The notes under the pieces were generated by a model, which worked only from the letters and a program-made list of their open reading frames with translations, did no database searches and was not told the DNA's origin. Position numbers and translations under genes: made by a program. From the NCBI GenBank assembly GCA_963776275.1, contig CAVZMI010000038.1:1-64000 (forward strand): a stretch of 64,000 bases of DNA, read 5' to 3'. Below are positions 63,155 through 64,000 of this stretch, one piece after another. Numbering within the stretch: position 1 is the first letter of the stretch; every line of letters begins with the position of its first letter. The stretch is from Ignavibacteriota bacterium. GTDB lineage: Bacteria; Bacteroidota; Ignavibacteria; UBA10030; CAVZMI01.

Positions 63155-63862
63155 ATGTTCCCGAAGATAAATTCAATATGCAACCATACATTCATATCTT
63201 CTATTCTCGATAAGAAATCGGTTGTTATTGATTTAGGGGCAAATGAGGGAACATTTTCTGATTCAATAGCAGATGAATTGCATTGCGATATTTTTGCGTG
63301 TGAACCAATTCCGCAACTCTATAATCAGATTAATGAGAAGCGGAGAATTAAAAAATTCCCATATTGCATTTCCCGGAAAAACGGTCCTATTTCGATAAAG
63401 ATTCCGGATGATTCGTGTGCAAGTTTATATCATCCAAACGAGGTTAAAAAAGACATTAGCATTGTTGTTGAGGGTGTCATCTATAGTTCTTTTATAAAGG
63501 AAATAAATGTCAAGAGTATAGACTTGCTGAAGGTAGATATCGAAGGTGCCGAGATCGATCTCTTCAATTCGATGTCAATTGCAGACTTTCAATCTCATAC
63601 GCAAATTACAGTTGAATTCCATGATTTTCTTTTTCCGGAATTGAAAGAACGAATAAATCAAATTAAATTGAAAATAAAAGAGAGTGGATTCTATCAAGTC
63701 TCATTCTCACTTGACAATACGGATGTCCTGTTTATCCGGAAGAGCGCGCTTTCACTCTGGAGATATCTCTATTTAAAATATTTTCTGAAATACTATAGAA
63801 AAAGAAAAAAAATTCTTCCTCGGGTTAGATATAAATTTGAAGAGATGGTAAAATTAAAATAG
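63155..63862 (+). CDS. FkbM-family methyltransferase
   Basis: IDLGANEG, ACEP, LKVDIEGAE, QITVEFH. Confidence 0.9.
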   Translation: MFPKINSICNHTFISSILDKKSVVIDLGANEGTFSDSIADELHCDIFACEPIPQLYNQINEKRRIKKFPYCISRKNGPISIKIPDDSCASLYHPNEVKKDISIVVEGVIYSSFIKEINVKSIDLLKVDIEGAEIDLFNSMSIADFQSHTQITVEFHDFLFPELKERINQIKLKIKESGFYQVSFSLDNTDVLFIRKSALSLWRYLYLKYFLKYYRKRKKILPRVRYKFEEMVKLK

Positions 63863-63866
63863 CGAT

Positions 63867-64000
63867 ATGAATGGAATTACAGCAGAGCGTCGACGAAATA
63901 CGGTAATTATATCAAATGGCCATGGTAAGTTCCATTTGATTTACGCTGCTCAGAGTGCCGAACGACATGGTATACTTGACCAGCTCATCACAGCAGCATA
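63867..64000 (+). CDS. Next polysaccharide gene, 5' fragment (possibly glycosyltransferase)
   Basis: Open frame MNGITAERRRNTVIISNGHGKFHLIYAAQ... to window end. Confidence 0.45.
   Translation, partial: MNGITAERRRNTVIISNGHGKFHLIYAAQSAERHGILDQLITAA

Noticed and set aside
1-64000. tRNA, rRNA, prophage or integrase
   Set aside because: None recognisable by eye

Overview
Bacterial genomic window, most consistent with the Ignavibacteriota/Bacteroidota-Chlorobi (FCB) group (fused LpxC-FabZ, T9SS C-terminal sorting domain, uppS-bamA-skp-skp-lpxD cluster). Left to right: (1) kdp K+-ATPase operon on the minus strand in the unusual order kdpC, small peptide, kdpF, kdpA, kdpB; (2) a divergently transcribed type I (I-B-like) CRISPR-Cas locus, cas6-cas6-cas5-cas3-cas8(+putative internal cas11)-cas7-cas4-cas1-cas2, with an array of about 130 30-bp repeats whose trailer end switches to a variant repeat, is partly duplicated, and has three repeats interrupted by REP-like hairpin elements; (3) an accessory block (21.2-30 kb) with two atypical OmpR-family regulators, a PDZ/GAF histidine kinase, a PaaK-like ligase and an MMPL exporter, whose promoters share 11-bp-period TGACAA repeats; (4) archaeal-type thyA, a RAYT transposase with REPs and several secreted/outer-membrane proteins; (5) core envelope and housekeeping genes (ftsX, pheA, recR, ybaB, uppS, bamA, skp x2, lpxD, lpxC-fabZ, lpxA, lipoate ligase, panB); (6) a Wzc/Wzx polysaccharide locus rich in methyltransferases. 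Several genes carry single-base indels, probably long-read errors. All calls come from motif recognition by eye; no searches were run.
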